A stretch of DNA of 63,685 nucleotides, counting the filler, from Actinomycetota bacterium (GTDB lineage Bacteria; Actinomycetota; Actinomycetes; JAKEEW01), in NCBI GenBank assembly GCA_046725875.1. It is 6 parts of 6 records of this genome, joined end to end, with 100 filler letters (N's around TTAATTAATTAA, not from the genome) between each part and the next. Parts side by side here need not be neighbours in the genome. Positions count along the whole stretch, not along the records: positions 47,952 to 59,957 come from JBKOZJ010000041.1; positions 60,058 to 63,685 come from JBKOZJ010000142.1; 4 more parts are not named here. One strand, given 5' to 3'. Positions 51,185-61,259 of the stretch are shown here, in pieces (the stretch's first letter is position 1; each line of letters starts with the position of its first letter). The notes beneath the pieces are model-generated. The model ran no database searches. It had not been told where the DNA came from and was given only the letters and a program-made list of their open reading frames with translations. The position numbers were made by a program, and so were the translations under genes.

Positions 51185-53900
51185 GGGTGTGCTCGGCACC
51201 TCGCTCGATCGTGTCCCGGCGCCAGAGCATGGCCAACGTCGCTCCGTCGGCCCACAGCTTGGACTGGTCCCAGTAGTTAGGTGAGGTGGTGTGGCCTGAC
51301 GCGCCGGTGAGGTTGACCCAGCGAGACTGGTCCAGGTCGGAGAGGTCCACGACCATTCGCATCGACGGCGCCGCGGTCACCTCGTACCCCTCAGCAGCGT
51401 TCCACGCTGTCGCGTCCACGATCGAGTCGCCGCCGCCGAGGCGTAGCGGGCCACGGTTGAACAGCCCTGCGATAAAGCCGATTCCGGACTGGCCGAGGCT
51501 CTGATTCTCCAGCGACAGGGTGTGGATCCGGCCCCACGACCACTTGGCCGGGTCCTTGCCGGACAGCCGGGTGAGCTCGTTGCGTGCGTCGGTCAACGCG
51601 GCGCGGAGGATGTCGTCGCGGGTCTCGCGCTTGTTCTTGGTGCGCACGTCATCCCACCAGCGATCGGTCGGGCGGTCGAGCAGCGGCCGGACCACCTCGA
51701 ACCAACGGTCGCTGCCGTCCGGCCGGGCGATGCCGTCGGGGATCTCGTCGTTGAACGTCCTCATCAGCAGGTTGCGCCAGACCGCGTTGTAGTAGGCGGC
51801 GGCTCCCGAGTTGGCCGGCTGCGTGTAGTCCCAGCCCCGCAGCAGCCGCTGCCCCTCCGCCGTCCAGCCGTCGACCCGAAGGTCGAGCAGCCTCGGGACG
51901 AGCACGGGCGCCATCCGATTGGAGGTGTCGAGCTGGATGTGCAGCATCGCCTGGAGGTCGAGCGTGCCGGCATCCCTGATGAGCTCCTCGATCCGGCCCG
52001 AGCGATAGCCATAGGACCAGTCGTTCGTGAGCAGATAGGGGTACGACGCAGGGGCGACCGCGTTGTTCGCCGTGACGATGTAACCGCTGACCGGGTTGTG
52101 TACGGTCGGCAACGCGTCGAAGGGGACGAATCCCTTCCACTCGTAGTCGCCGGTCCAGCCCGGCACCGGCCACCGTCCATCGCCCTTCGCCCGCACGGGG
52201 ATTCGGCCGGGAGCCTGGTAACCGATGTTGCCCGCAGTGTCGGCGTAGATGAGGTTCTGTGATGGAACGGCGAACGAGCGAGCGGCTGCCCGGAACTGCG
52301 TCCAGTTGCGTGCGGTGTCCAACTCCAAGACGGCGTCGGCCGTGTTGCTCGGATCGAGTGCGGTCCACCCTAGGGCGACGGCGTAGCCGTTCCCACGCTC
52401 GGCCGATGTTCCTGGCGCTGGAGCAAACTTCCCGACGTCACGCAGGTTCTCGACGGTCTCGGAGTCGCCAAGCGCGTCGGACACGATCGGGCCATGCCGC
52501 GTGGAGCGGATCGTGATGGTTACATCGGCTCCGCCGGCGACCTTGATCGTCTCCTTCCGTCGGGTCACCGGTTCGAGCTTTCCCTTGTACTCGTACTGGT
52601 CGCCGCGGATGCGCTCCAGGTAGAGGTCTGAGACGTCCGCGCCGAGGTTCGTGAAGCCCCACGCGATTGACGCGTTATGTCCGATGATCACGCCGGGTAC
52701 GCCGGAGAACGTGAAGCCGGTGACGTCGAACGGACATGCACCGCGAGCCGCCTTGGCGGAGTCGCCGCCCTCGGTTGCTCTGCCCGCCTTGGCGCAGTGC
52801 AGCCCGGCTTGGTACCAGACCGACGGCATGGTGGGCGCCAGATGCGGGTCGTTTGCGAGCAGTGGCCTGCCCGTCGTTGTCCGTACACCTGAGACCACCC
52901 ACGAGTTGGACCCGATGCCGGCGCCGGCGTCACCCAGCAGGTCGGGCAGCGCTTCGAGGTTCGCCGCCGCCTGGGCCAGCGCCGCGCCCGCGTGGCTCGG
53001 GAGATGCGCACCTTGCTCCGGTCTAGTTGGAGCAGGGGTCCCTCCTACTGTGCGGGAACCTATGGCCGGGTGGGCACTGCCGAGCAGAGCCGGGGTGTTG
53101 ACCGGCGGCTCGAGGCCACCGTCGCCGCCGCCTTGGCCCACAAACTTTCCGTCCACGACGCGTCCGCTGCGCACGATGGGCGGGTTCCGATCGTATGGAT
53201 AAGCCGGATAGAGCTGATCGACCCGCTCCTTCGGCAGTGTTTCCGCGGCCAGCGAGCGGGCGATCTCGTCCTCCATGTTCGTCCGAAGGTCCCAAGCCAT
53301 CGCTTTGAGCCAGGCAAGGGAGTCGATCGGGTTCCACGGCTCCGGCTTGTAGCCACGGTTCTGCGTCCACAGGACGGCGTACTCGAGGCTCGCTCGGCTG
53401 CCCTCATGGTCAGCCAGGTAGGCGTTGACCCCCTCGGCGTAATCCTGGAGATAGCGCTTGGTCTCCGGAGCGAGCACCTGCCACTCCTGCTCGGCGACCC
53501 GCCGCCAGCCGAGAGTACGGATGAATGCGTCGGTCTCCACCTGATCGGAGCCGAATAGCTCGGACAGTCGACCGGCCGTCATATGCCGGCGGAAGTCCAT
53601 CTCCCAGAAACGGTCCTGCGCGTGGACGTAGCCCTGTGCGCGGAACAGATCGTCTGGGTCCGTAGCGTAGATCTGCGGTATGCCCCACTTGTCCCGATAG
53701 ACGGTCACCTCGCCCTCCAGCCCGGAAATGGCGATCCGCCCGTCGAGCTGCGGCAGCGGGCGGTGGATGATCCAGCGGAAACCGATGGTGCCGAGGACCG
53801 CGAGAACGAGCAGGCCCGTGCCGGCCAGCACCGCCCACCGGGCCGGCTTGGGCAACCGGGCCCATTGGCTTGGCAGCGCTGGCAGTGCAAACCGCGCCAC
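51162..53900 (-). CDS. penicillin acylase family (S45) Ntn-hydrolase, membrane anchored
   Basis: AAAGGAG RBS; RD.WGIPQIYA, AQGYVHAQDRFWEMD, GSNSW (N-terminal nucleophile Ser), LANDPHL, TANN. Confidence 0.95.
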   Translation of the reverse strand: MARFALPALPSQWARLPKPARWAVLAGTGLLVLAVLGTIGFRWIIHRPLPQLDGRIAISGLEGEVTVYRDKWGIPQIYATDPDDLFRAQGYVHAQDRFWEMDFRRHMTAGRLSELFGSDQVETDAFIRTLGWRRVAEQEWQVLAPETKRYLQDYAEGVNAYLADHEGSRASLEYAVLWTQNRGYKPEPWNPIDSLAWLKAMAWDLRTNMEDEIARSLAAETLPKERVDQLYPAYPYDRNPPIVRSGRVVDGKFVGQGGGDGGLEPPVNTPALLGSAHPAIGSRTVGGTPAPTRPEQGAHLPSHAGAALAQAAANLEALPDLLGDAGAGIGSNSWVVSGVRTTTGRPLLANDPHLAPTMPSVWYQAGLHCAKAGRATEGGDSAKAARGACPFDVTGFTFSGVPGVIIGHNASIAWGFTNLGADVSDLYLERIRGDQYEYKGKLEPVTRRKETIKVAGGADVTITIRSTRHGPIVSDALGDSETVENLRDVGKFAPAPGTSAERGNGYAVALGWTALDPSNTADAVLELDTARNWTQFRAAARSFAVPSQNLIYADTAGNIGYQAPGRIPVRAKGDGRWPVPGWTGDYEWKGFVPFDALPTVHNPVSGYIVTANNAVAPASYPYLLTNDWSYGYRSGRIEELIRDAGTLDLQAMLHIQLDTSNRMAPVLVPRLLDLRVDGWTAEGQRLLRGWDYTQPANSGAAAYYNAVWRNLLMRTFNDEIPDGIARPDGSDRWFEVVRPLLDRPTDRWWDDVRTKNKRETRDDILRAALTDARNELTRLSGKDPAKWSWGRIHTLSLENQSLGQSGIGFIAGLFNRGPLRLGGGDSIVDATAWNAAEGYEVTAAPSMRMVVDLSDLDQSRWVNLTGASGHTTSPNYWDQSKLWADGATLAMLWRRDTIERGAEHTLTLAPPS

Positions 53901-54002
53901 GGTCGCTCCTTTCCGGTCTCGGTTCGTCGCATCGTGCCACACGGCCAACCGATGGGCCCGCGACAGTGCTGGCGTCCGCGCCACCCGCCCTTACCCTTGC
54001 TC

Positions 54003-55502
54003 ATGATGACGGTGGAGCAGCTCGACAAAGTGCTGCTCATCAGCGCGGCCGTGCTGCTCTTCGCCGTCGTAGCCGCCCGGGTTGCGGCGCGTACCGGGCT
54101 GCCCAGCCTGCTGCTCTTCCTCGGCCTCGGCCTGCTGCTCGGCGAGGACGTCATCGGAATCGAGTTCGACGACTTCGAACTCGCCCGAGCGCTGGGCTAT
54201 GCGGCTCTCGTCGTGATCCTCGCCGAAGGAGGGCTGACCACCCACTGGGACACGCTCCGGCCGGTGGTACGTGCCGCCGCCGTGCTCGCCACGGTCGGGG
54301 TCGGCATTTCGGTGGCCATAACGGCAGTTGCCGCCAGGTACCTGCTCGACCTCGGCTGGCAATCGGCGTTCCTGATCGGCTCGGTCCTTGCAGCGACGGA
54401 TGCAGCCGCGGTCTTCGCCGTCCTCCGCGGGCTCAGCTTGCCGCGTCGCCTGGCCAGCCTTCTGGAAGCCGAATCTGGCCTAAACGACCCAACGGCGATC
54501 CTGCTCGTCGTCACCTTGAGCACGTCTCGCACATGGGACGCCCCCACGGTGGGCGAACTCGTCGGCACGATGGTGTACGAAATCGCCGTGGGCGCAGTCC
54601 TCGGACTCGTGCTCGGCCGGCTCGGCGCCGAGGGGCTGCGGCGCGTCGCCTTGCCGTCCTCCGGGTTGTATCCACTTGCGGTCTTCGCCTTCGCCGTCCT
54701 CGCCTACGCAGTCGCGGCGGTTGCCCACGCGAGCGGCTTCATCGCGGTCTATGTCGCGTCCCTCGTGCTCGGAAACTCCCGGCTACCGCATGGACCGGCC
54801 ACTCGGGGATTCGCCGAGGGGCTCGCCTGGCTCGCCCAGATCGGGCTGTTCACCATGCTCGGGCTGCTGGTCACCCCGTCCCGGCTCGGGTCGGCCATCG
54901 TGCCTGGCCTCGCTATCGGCTTCGTGCTGCTGCTGGTTGCCCGCCCGGTGTCGGTGTGGCTGTCGACGGTGTGGTTCCGGTTTCGGCAGCGCGAGCGGGC
55001 CTTCATGTCCTGGGCCGGGCTGCGCGGTGCAGTGCCGATCGTGACGGCGACAGTGCCGGTCGTTGACGGTGTCGATGGCGCCCGGCGGATCTTCGACATC
55101 GTATTCGTGCTTGTCGTCCTCTTCACACTCTTGCAGGCGCCGACACTGCCCTGGGTGGCCCGGCGGCTCGGCATTGCGTCGCCGTACGAAGCAAGCGAGG
55201 TCGACCTCGACACCGCTCCGCTCGGCCAGCTGGAAGCCGACGTGCTCACGGTGCACGTGCCCGACGGGTCGGCAATGAACGGTGTCGAGGTGAGCGAGCT
55301 CCGGCTGCCTCGCGGTGCCCTCGTCACCTTGATCGTTCGGGAGGGCACTGGGTTCGTGCCCATGCCGAGCACAGTGATCAGGCACGGCGACGACCTGATG
55401 GTCGTGGCCACGGCGGCGGTTCGCCGAAGCACCGAGCGGCGGCTTCGAGCGGTCAGCCGCCGGGGGCGGCTTGCCGGCTGGTTCGGCGAGCACGGCGACT
55501 GA
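54003..55502 (+). CDS. potassium/proton antiporter (CPA1, NhaP2/CvrA-like) with TrkA_C domain
   Basis: ILAEGGL, ATDAAAVF, LEAESGLNDP, WAGLRGAVPI; C-terminal RCK_C. Confidence 0.94.
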   Translation: MMTVEQLDKVLLISAAVLLFAVVAARVAARTGLPSLLLFLGLGLLLGEDVIGIEFDDFELARALGYAALVVILAEGGLTTHWDTLRPVVRAAAVLATVGVGISVAITAVAARYLLDLGWQSAFLIGSVLAATDAAAVFAVLRGLSLPRRLASLLEAESGLNDPTAILLVVTLSTSRTWDAPTVGELVGTMVYEIAVGAVLGLVLGRLGAEGLRRVALPSSGLYPLAVFAFAVLAYAVAAVAHASGFIAVYVASLVLGNSRLPHGPATRGFAEGLAWLAQIGLFTMLGLLVTPSRLGSAIVPGLAIGFVLLLVARPVSVWLSTVWFRFRQRERAFMSWAGLRGAVPIVTATVPVVDGVDGARRIFDIVFVLVVLFTLLQAPTLPWVARRLGIASPYEASEVDLDTAPLGQLEADVLTVHVPDGSAMNGVEVSELRLPRGALVTLIVREGTGFVPMPSTVIRHGDDLMVVATAAVRRSTERRLRAVSRRGRLAGWFGEHGD

Positions 55503-55715
55503 TCTACCGCTTTCCGCCAATGCTTTACCCTGCGCCCCGAGCGCGAGTGCGGCGAACGAGCACGAGTTGCGCGTGATCAACGGCGGCAAGCCCGCGCTGC
55601 TTGCCAACGGCTGCCCAGCCAGCCGAGATATCTGCCATCATCCACGATCATCGGCGGCCGTGACGACTCGATGCAGAACCCATACTTTGCGGATCATGGT
55701 TGTCGTGACGCATCA

Positions 55716-55742
55716 TTAGCACTCAGAGTCCCCGAGTGCCAG
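55716..55742. promoter_or_regulatory. CIRCE element (HrcA operator)
   Basis: TTAGCACTC-AGAGTCCCC-GAGTGCCAG vs consensus TTAGCACTC-N9-GAGTGCTAA, directly upstream of the fmdB-like gene. Confidence 0.88.
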
Positions 55743-55755
55743 CGGAGGGAAGATC

Positions 55756-56085
55756 GTGCCGACGTATCAATACGCCTGCACTACGTGTGGCGAGCAGCTC
55801 GAGGTCGTCCAAACGTTCAGCGACGACCCGCTGACCATCTGCCCCGCCTGCGGCGGCGCGCTGCGCAAGGTCTACTCGGCGGTTGGGATCGTCTTCAAGG
55901 GCTCCGGCTTCTACCGGACCGACAGCCGGGCCGAGGCTAAGAGCAAGTCCTCGAACGGTTCGTCGGAGGGTTCGGGCTCGGGTGGCGACTCTGGATCTTC
56001 GAGTGCGGATTCCAAGCCCGCCGCCGACTCCGCGAAGCCGGCCACTGGCACTCCCTCGAAACCCTCGGCAACGACCGGATCCTGA
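55756..56085 (+). CDS. FmdB-family zinc-ribbon protein (Rv0991c-like)
   Basis: MPTYQYACTTCG..CPACGG.LRK....GIVFKGSGFYRTD, Ser-rich tail. Confidence 0.93.
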   Translation: MPTYQYACTTCGEQLEVVQTFSDDPLTICPACGGALRKVYSAVGIVFKGSGFYRTDSRAEAKSKSSNGSSEGSGSGGDSGSSSADSKPAADSAKPATGTPSKPSATTGS

Positions 56086-56296
56086 GGCTCCCTCCATTTC
56101 GCCTGATCACGTGCGCATGTGTGACGGCAAAGGTTACAGTCCGCGCGCCTTGTCCCGCTGATCATGTCTGTTACCTGCTGACATTCGCCTGCCGCTGATC
56201 AGCGGAAAGGGCGGTACGGCAGCCGGATGGGCTCTGCCAGGGCTGTGGACGCTCGGGTCTGTGGATGCTGACGGTGGATCGTGCTGAGCGACAGCT

Positions 56297-57151
56297 ATGG
56301 TCGGGCTCATGACCGACCGCACTCCGCAGTCCGGCCCGCATCAGGATTTCGCCGAGATCGGGATTATCGGCGGTTCCGGGTTCTACTCGCTGCTGGATGA
56401 CATGAGGGAGATCGAGGTTGAGACCCCGTGGGGAACGCCGAGTGATCCGCTCACGATCGGCGAGGTGGCCGGTCGACGGATAGCGTTCCTACCGCGGCAT
56501 GGGCGCGACCACCGCTATCCGCCGCATCTCGTCCCGTATCGGGCGAACCTGTGGGCGCTGCGGTCAGTCGGCGTCCGTCAGGTGCTTGGACCCTGCGCAG
56601 TCGGCGGCCTGCAACCGGAGTATGGTCCGGGCACCCTCGTGATCCCTGACCAATTTGTTGACCGCACCTCATGCCGGGCGCAGACCTATTTCGACGGGCC
56701 GCCAGCGAAGGTCGTCCACGTCTCTGTGGCGGATCCCTACTGCCCTACCGGTCGGTCGGTGGCCGTCAAGGCCGCCGAGGCCGCAGGCTGGCCGGCTGTA
56801 GACGAAGGCACCCTGGTCGTGATCGAGGGTCCGAGGTTCTCCACACGCGCCGAGTCGCGCTGGTATTCCTCGGCGGGCTGGGCGGTTGTCGGCATGACCG
56901 GCCATCCCGAGGCAGTCCTAGCGCGTGAGCTCGAGATGTGTTTCACGGCGCTCGCCCTCGTCACCGACCTCGACGCCGGCGTGGGTGAGGGCGAGGGCGT
57001 GACGCACGCAGAAGTTCTCCAGGTCTTCGCGGAGAACGTAGTACGGCTACGCAGCCTGCTGCTTGATGTTGTTTCCGAATTGCCGTTGGAGCGTACCTGC
57101 CCCTGTGGGTCCGCCCTGGACGGTCTCGATACTGGCATCGAGCTGCCTTGA
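56297..57151 (+). CDS. mtnP: S-methyl-5'-thioadenosine phosphorylase
   Basis: IGIIGGSG, FLPRHG, YRAN, PDQFVDRT, EGPRFSTRAES, VGMT..PE..LARE, VTDLD. Confidence 0.93.
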   Translation: MVGLMTDRTPQSGPHQDFAEIGIIGGSGFYSLLDDMREIEVETPWGTPSDPLTIGEVAGRRIAFLPRHGRDHRYPPHLVPYRANLWALRSVGVRQVLGPCAVGGLQPEYGPGTLVIPDQFVDRTSCRAQTYFDGPPAKVVHVSVADPYCPTGRSVAVKAAEAAGWPAVDEGTLVVIEGPRFSTRAESRWYSSAGWAVVGMTGHPEAVLARELEMCFTALALVTDLDAGVGEGEGVTHAEVLQVFAENVVRLRSLLLDVVSELPLERTCPCGSALDGLDTGIELP

Positions 57152-57960
57152 GCTGGTTGCGGGGAAAGATCGTGCTGGGGCCATCGCATCAAGAGCCGAT
57201 GGTGCACAGGACGGCGCTGTGGGGGGTCGGACAGCGAGGAATCGTACAGAATAGGGCAGCGCTGCGCCGCGGCGTTCTGACCCGGGCGGTCCTCTGGCGA
57301 CGCCCACTGGTTGTCGCCGTGCTCACAACCGCATCCGTTGCGGCGGCCCTCAATGCCCTTGCTCCTGCACCGCCGGCCACCGAGCGTGTGGTGGTGGCGG
57401 CGCGCGACCTTCCCGGCGGCATCGCCGTAGAGGCGTCGGACTTAACCTTGGTGTCGTTTCCGAAGGCCGTCGTGCCGCGGGGCTCATTGCGGGACGCGGG
57501 ATCGGTTACTGGTCGCATTCTGGCCGGTCCGGCGCGCCGGGGCGAGCCGCTTACCGATGTCAGGCTCGTCGGACCCGCCTTGTTGGCCGGGTTGGGCGAC
57601 GGGATGGTCGTCGCTCCGGTTCGGCTGTCGGACCCGGGCGTCGTCACCATGCTGCGCAGCGGCGATCTCGTCGATATTCTCGCCGCCAATCCCCCGGCGG
57701 GAGGAGGGTTGGACGACTCGTTCGTGATGGGGGCGGGAAGCGGCGCTACCGGCTCGGCGTCCGTGGTAGCCGCGGGCATTCGAGTGATCACCATCCTGAG
57801 TGCCGTCACCGAGTCGGGCGGCGTGCTGGGAGGCGCGGCGCCCTCACCCAGCGGCGGGGATGGCGCGCTCGTCTTGATCGCTGCAAGTCCTGAAACGGCG
57901 CAGCGGCTGGCGGCGGCAGCCGTTACATCAAGCTTGTCGGTAATCGTCCGAGCGGGCTGA
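57148..57960 (+). CDS. SAF-domain / CpaB-like protein
   Basis: TM segment, VVVAARDLPGG, GEPLTDVRL, LRSGDLVDIL; start uncertain. Confidence 0.85.
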   Translation: MSWLRGKIVLGPSHQEPMVHRTALWGVGQRGIVQNRAALRRGVLTRAVLWRRPLVVAVLTTASVAAALNALAPAPPATERVVVAARDLPGGIAVEASDLTLVSFPKAVVPRGSLRDAGSVTGRILAGPARRGEPLTDVRLVGPALLAGLGDGMVVAPVRLSDPGVVTMLRSGDLVDILAANPPAGGGLDDSFVMGAGSGATGSASVVAAGIRVITILSAVTESGGVLGGAAPSPSGGDGALVLIAASPETAQRLAAAAVTSSLSVIVRAG

Positions 57961-58033
57961 TCCAGCTCGTCTCACGCGCTGTCCCATTCGATGGGACCAT
58001 TCTCGCACTATTCGAGTCTCCGGAGCGGCTGGC

Positions 58034-58492
58034 CTAGTCGAGGTCGCCGGCTTCGATCCGGGCCAAACGCAGCTCTCTAACGAGATGGTCGACGTCGAGC
58101 TCGACCGAGTCCGGATCCTTGGACAACGCGGCAAAGACGCCGGTGACGTCGCGCATGCTCAACATCCCGACAACTGCACCCTCTGCGGTGACCGGCAGGT
58201 GCCGGATCCAGTGCGCCGCCATCGTGCGCGCCGCGTCGCGGAGAGCTTCGTCGGGATACGCGGTCACCACGTCGCGCGTCATCACATCGCCGACCGTTGC
58301 CTTCTCGACATCGACCCCCTGGGCGATCGCTTTCAGCAGGTCGCGCTCGGTGATGATGCCGACCAGCTGGTCGGCGTCCATCACGACCAACGAGCCCGTC
58401 TGCTGCCGCCACATCCGCTCGGCCGCCGAACGCAGCGTGTCGGCCGGAGAGTCGGTCACGCTTGCCGGGGTCATGACATCTGCGACTCTCAC
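58034..58492 (-). CDS. CBS-domain protein
   Basis: GGTGAGGAG RBS; VADVMT..GSLVV..LVGIITERD..VGDVMT..IRHLPV..GMLSMRD. Confidence 0.93.
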   Translation of the reverse strand: MRVADVMTPASVTDSPADTLRSAAERMWRQQTGSLVVMDADQLVGIITERDLLKAIAQGVDVEKATVGDVMTRDVVTAYPDEALRDAARTMAAHWIRHLPVTAEGAVVGMLSMRDVTGVFAALSKDPDSVELDVDHLVRELRLARIEAGDLD

Positions 58493-58873
58493 GACACTCG
58501 CTCCTCACCTTTCGGTTAGGCCGTGGCCAGGCCAGCTATAGCTGACAAGCGTAAGGGAACTGCCATTACCAGCAGCAGCCGGTGACCGAACGGGTGCAGA
58601 CGACCGAGGTCGCCGGCCAGTATGGGCTACCTCCATGGCGGGGTGTGACAGGGTATCCAGGGCGCTAATCAGGGCTATTCCGCATTCGAGATCGTCGCGT
58701 GGATATGACTGGAGACAGGTCGACGAGTACGTTGGAGCCGCCTCCCAGCCTTGAGCTGCTACAGCCGCCTGGAGCGATAGATTGCTTGGCGACCTGAGAC
58801 TCCACCATCAGATCGCCGAGGTGAGCTCGGAAGGATCTGATCGACCTGATATGATCAAGGAATTCCCAGTTCT

Positions 58874-58946
58874 GCCCTCGTAGCTCAGGGGATAGAGCAC
58901 CGCTCTCCTAAAGCGGGTGTCGCAGGTTCGATTCCTGCCGGGGGCA
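58874..58946 (+). tRNA. tRNA-Arg(CCT)
   Basis: Acceptor GCCCTCG/CGGGGGC, D arm GCTC..GAGC, anticodon arm CCGCT-CTCCTAA-AGCGG, T arm GCAGG-TTCGATT-CCTGC; full CCA not encoded. Confidence 0.97.
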
Positions 58947-58950
58947 CCGG

Positions 58951-59957
58951 TGTGATGTCTCGGGACATCGTGCACACGTGTCGCGGGACATCATTCACGT
59001 TTTGGCTTGGCGCTGGTAGTCGCGGGTGGGGTCGAGGGTGAGCTCGCGGATGAGTTCGCCATCGGTGGTGACGATGCGGATCTGGAGGTCGGCGGCGAGG
59101 ATCAGGACGGGGGTTCCGGCGTGGCCGCGGCCGATGCCGATGTGGTGGAGGCGGCTGTTGTAGCGGAGGGTGATTACTCCGCTCGGGTCGATCTTGTCGC
59201 GGCGGATGCGGTAGTGGCCGTCGATGACCGGGCCGGCTAGTGGGTGGGCTTTGGGTCGGGCCGCGAAGGCCTCGGCCGGGGTGCGGCGGTGCAGGGCCCG
59301 GTGCGGGCGGGCGGTGTTGTAGTAGCCGCGGAAGGCGTCCAGTTGGGTCTGCAGCGCGGCGACGGAGGCGGCCCGGGGTTGTTTAGCCAGCCAGCGTTTG
59401 AGGGTTTGGTGGAACCGTTCGACTTTGCCGCAGGTCTGGGGGTGGTAGGGCCGGGAGTGGATGCATCGGATGCCCAGCAGCACCAGCTCGACTTCCAGCG
59501 CGACCCGGCCGCCGCGGCGGGGTACGCCGGTGAACACCGCCGCGTTGTCGGTGAGCATCGAGGCCGGTAGGTCATGGGCGGCGGTGGCGGCGCGGAAGCT
59601 GTCGACCACGTCGGCGGACTTGAACACCGTCCGGGCGGTCGAGCCGACCAACAGCCGGGAGTGGTCGTCGATGATGTTGAGGATCTCCACGTCGGTGCCG
59701 TCGGCCAGCTGCCAGTGGGTGATGTCGGCCTGCCAGCGTTCATTCGGCATCTCCGCGGCGAACCGCACATACGACGACCTCGGTCGTTTCTGCGGCTGCG
59801 GGGTGATGCACCCCCGGCGGGACAGGATCCGCCAGATCGTCGAGACCGCCGGCGCCTGACCGTGCCGTTGACCCAGGTGGAAGGCGATGGTCGCCGCCCC
59901 GGCGTCCAGGCCCTGCTCGGTCAGCCGCTTGCGCAGCTCGACGATCTCCTCCTCCAC
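58951..59957 (-). mobile_element. IS481-family element; transposase (58995..59957) lacks its 5' end
   Basis: PNERWQAD, IIDDHSR, LTDN, HPQTCGKVERFHQTLK, YYNTARPHRAL; TGT terminus at 58951 with repeated TGTC.CGGGACATC sites. Confidence 0.93.
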
Positions 59958-60057
59958 NNNNNNNNNNNNNNNNNNNNNNNNNNNNNNNNNNNNNNNNNNN
60001 NTTAATTAATTAANNNNNNNNNNNNNNNNNNNNNNNNNNNNNNNNNNNNNNNNNNNN
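59958..60057. other. artificial contig-joining linker
   Basis: N/TTAATTAATTAA/N, 100 bp. Confidence 0.99.
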
Positions 60058-60684
60058 CGCCCCCAGACGCCCGCGCGGGGAAAGCAGGCTCGCGAGCCGG
60101 TCGTTGGCAAACACCCCGTCCTGATCCACCACTGGACGGTCCACCAGCGGCCAAAGCAGCACCACGTTGGTCGGCTTGACCTGGTCCGGGTCGGGATACC
60201 ACGGCAGGAACGTCCGGACCTCGGCGCTCACTCCGGCGCCCTCGGCGATCACCTTGAGGGCGTACGGACCCCGCTCATCGAGCTGCAGGTCTGCCACCGG
60301 CACCAGGATCCGAAAGGGATCGAGCTCGCCGGAGGCGGTTCCGAGATCCAGCTGGGCCGCGGCCCCGCTCACCACGAACGTTGCCTCATCCTCGGCACCG
60401 CTGGCGTAGCCGTCGAACGCACTCCGGAAGCGGAACGGTGAGAACGCTGCTTCGAGGCGCACGGTCAGTGGGCCGATGTCATTCTCGCCGGTGATCCGGA
60501 CGTAGCCGCTGATCTGCAACGTGTCATCGGGCTTCGGAATCCGCGGCGCGATCTGGGTAACGACGAGACTCCCGGCAGATTGCGGCTGGGCTGCTGCCGA
60601 TGCGGGCACGGCTAGCGAGGGCGCCGCCCCGATTGCGACAGTGGCCAGGGCCGCCATCGAGTAAGTCCATCGCGAGCGGATCAC
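60058..60684 (-). CDS. DUF6049-like secreted/membrane protein, 3' truncated
   Basis: Signal peptide; [22 protein letters not shown]...GRL; position downstream of NUDIX near cca. Confidence 0.7.
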
Positions 60685-61160
60685 GCCGACTCCGACAGCA
60701 GTACAGGCAGGCGGTCGAGCAGGCGGCGCTCGTCCTCGTACGCCATCCGCTGCGCAACGTCCGCGAGCGGCACCCAGGCAACCTGCTCAACCTCGATGTC
60801 GTGGGCGGACAGCTCCCCAGCCACGGCGTCGAGCAGGAAGTGATGGACGGTCTTGTGGATGCGCCGGCCGCCGGCCACGAACCAATAATCGACCGAACCC
60901 AACTCGGCGATCACCTCACCGGTGATTCCGGTCTCCTCGGCAACCTCGCGGACGGCGGCCTGGGTTCGGCTTTCTCCGGGCTCGATGTGGCCCTTGGGCA
61001 GCGACCAGACCAGTCGGCCAGCCCGGTCCCTCTTACCGATCAACGCACCGCGCAGCTGCCCACCGGATCGGTCCACGACCAGACCGCCGGCCGACGTCTC
61101 GTTCACGGTCGCCAGCCGGCGCCGTCGTCTGGCCTGGTCAGGCCGGCGTCGCCGTCGCAT
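60681..61160 (-). CDS. NUDIX hydrolase
   Basis: [34 protein letters not shown] (Nudix box), IHKTVHHFL. Confidence 0.93.
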   Translation of the reverse strand: MRRRRRPDQARRRRRLATVNETSAGGLVVDRSGGQLRGALIGKRDRAGRLVWSLPKGHIEPGESRTQAAVREVAEETGITGEVIAELGSVDYWFVAGGRRIHKTVHHFLLDAVAGELSAHDIEVEQVAWVPLADVAQRMAYEDERRLLDRLPVLLSESA

Positions 61161-61259
61161 GGCCATTGATGCTATGCACCCCACGAAGTCTTCGCTCGGG
61201 TCGGCTTTGTAGCGAGGTGGTAGAGCCAGAACCGAGGTTCGGCTCCGTAGGACTCATGC

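Noticed and set aside
58500..58870. ncRNA or riboswitch upstream of tRNA-Arg
   Set aside because: No recognisable conserved motif or convincing stems by eye; an Rfam/Infernal scan would be needed.
14605..60057. Five copies of TTAATTAATTAA within N runs as a biological repeat
   Set aside because: Identical 100-bp six-frame-stop linkers added when contigs were concatenated; ORFs ending in X...N or LIN are artefacts.
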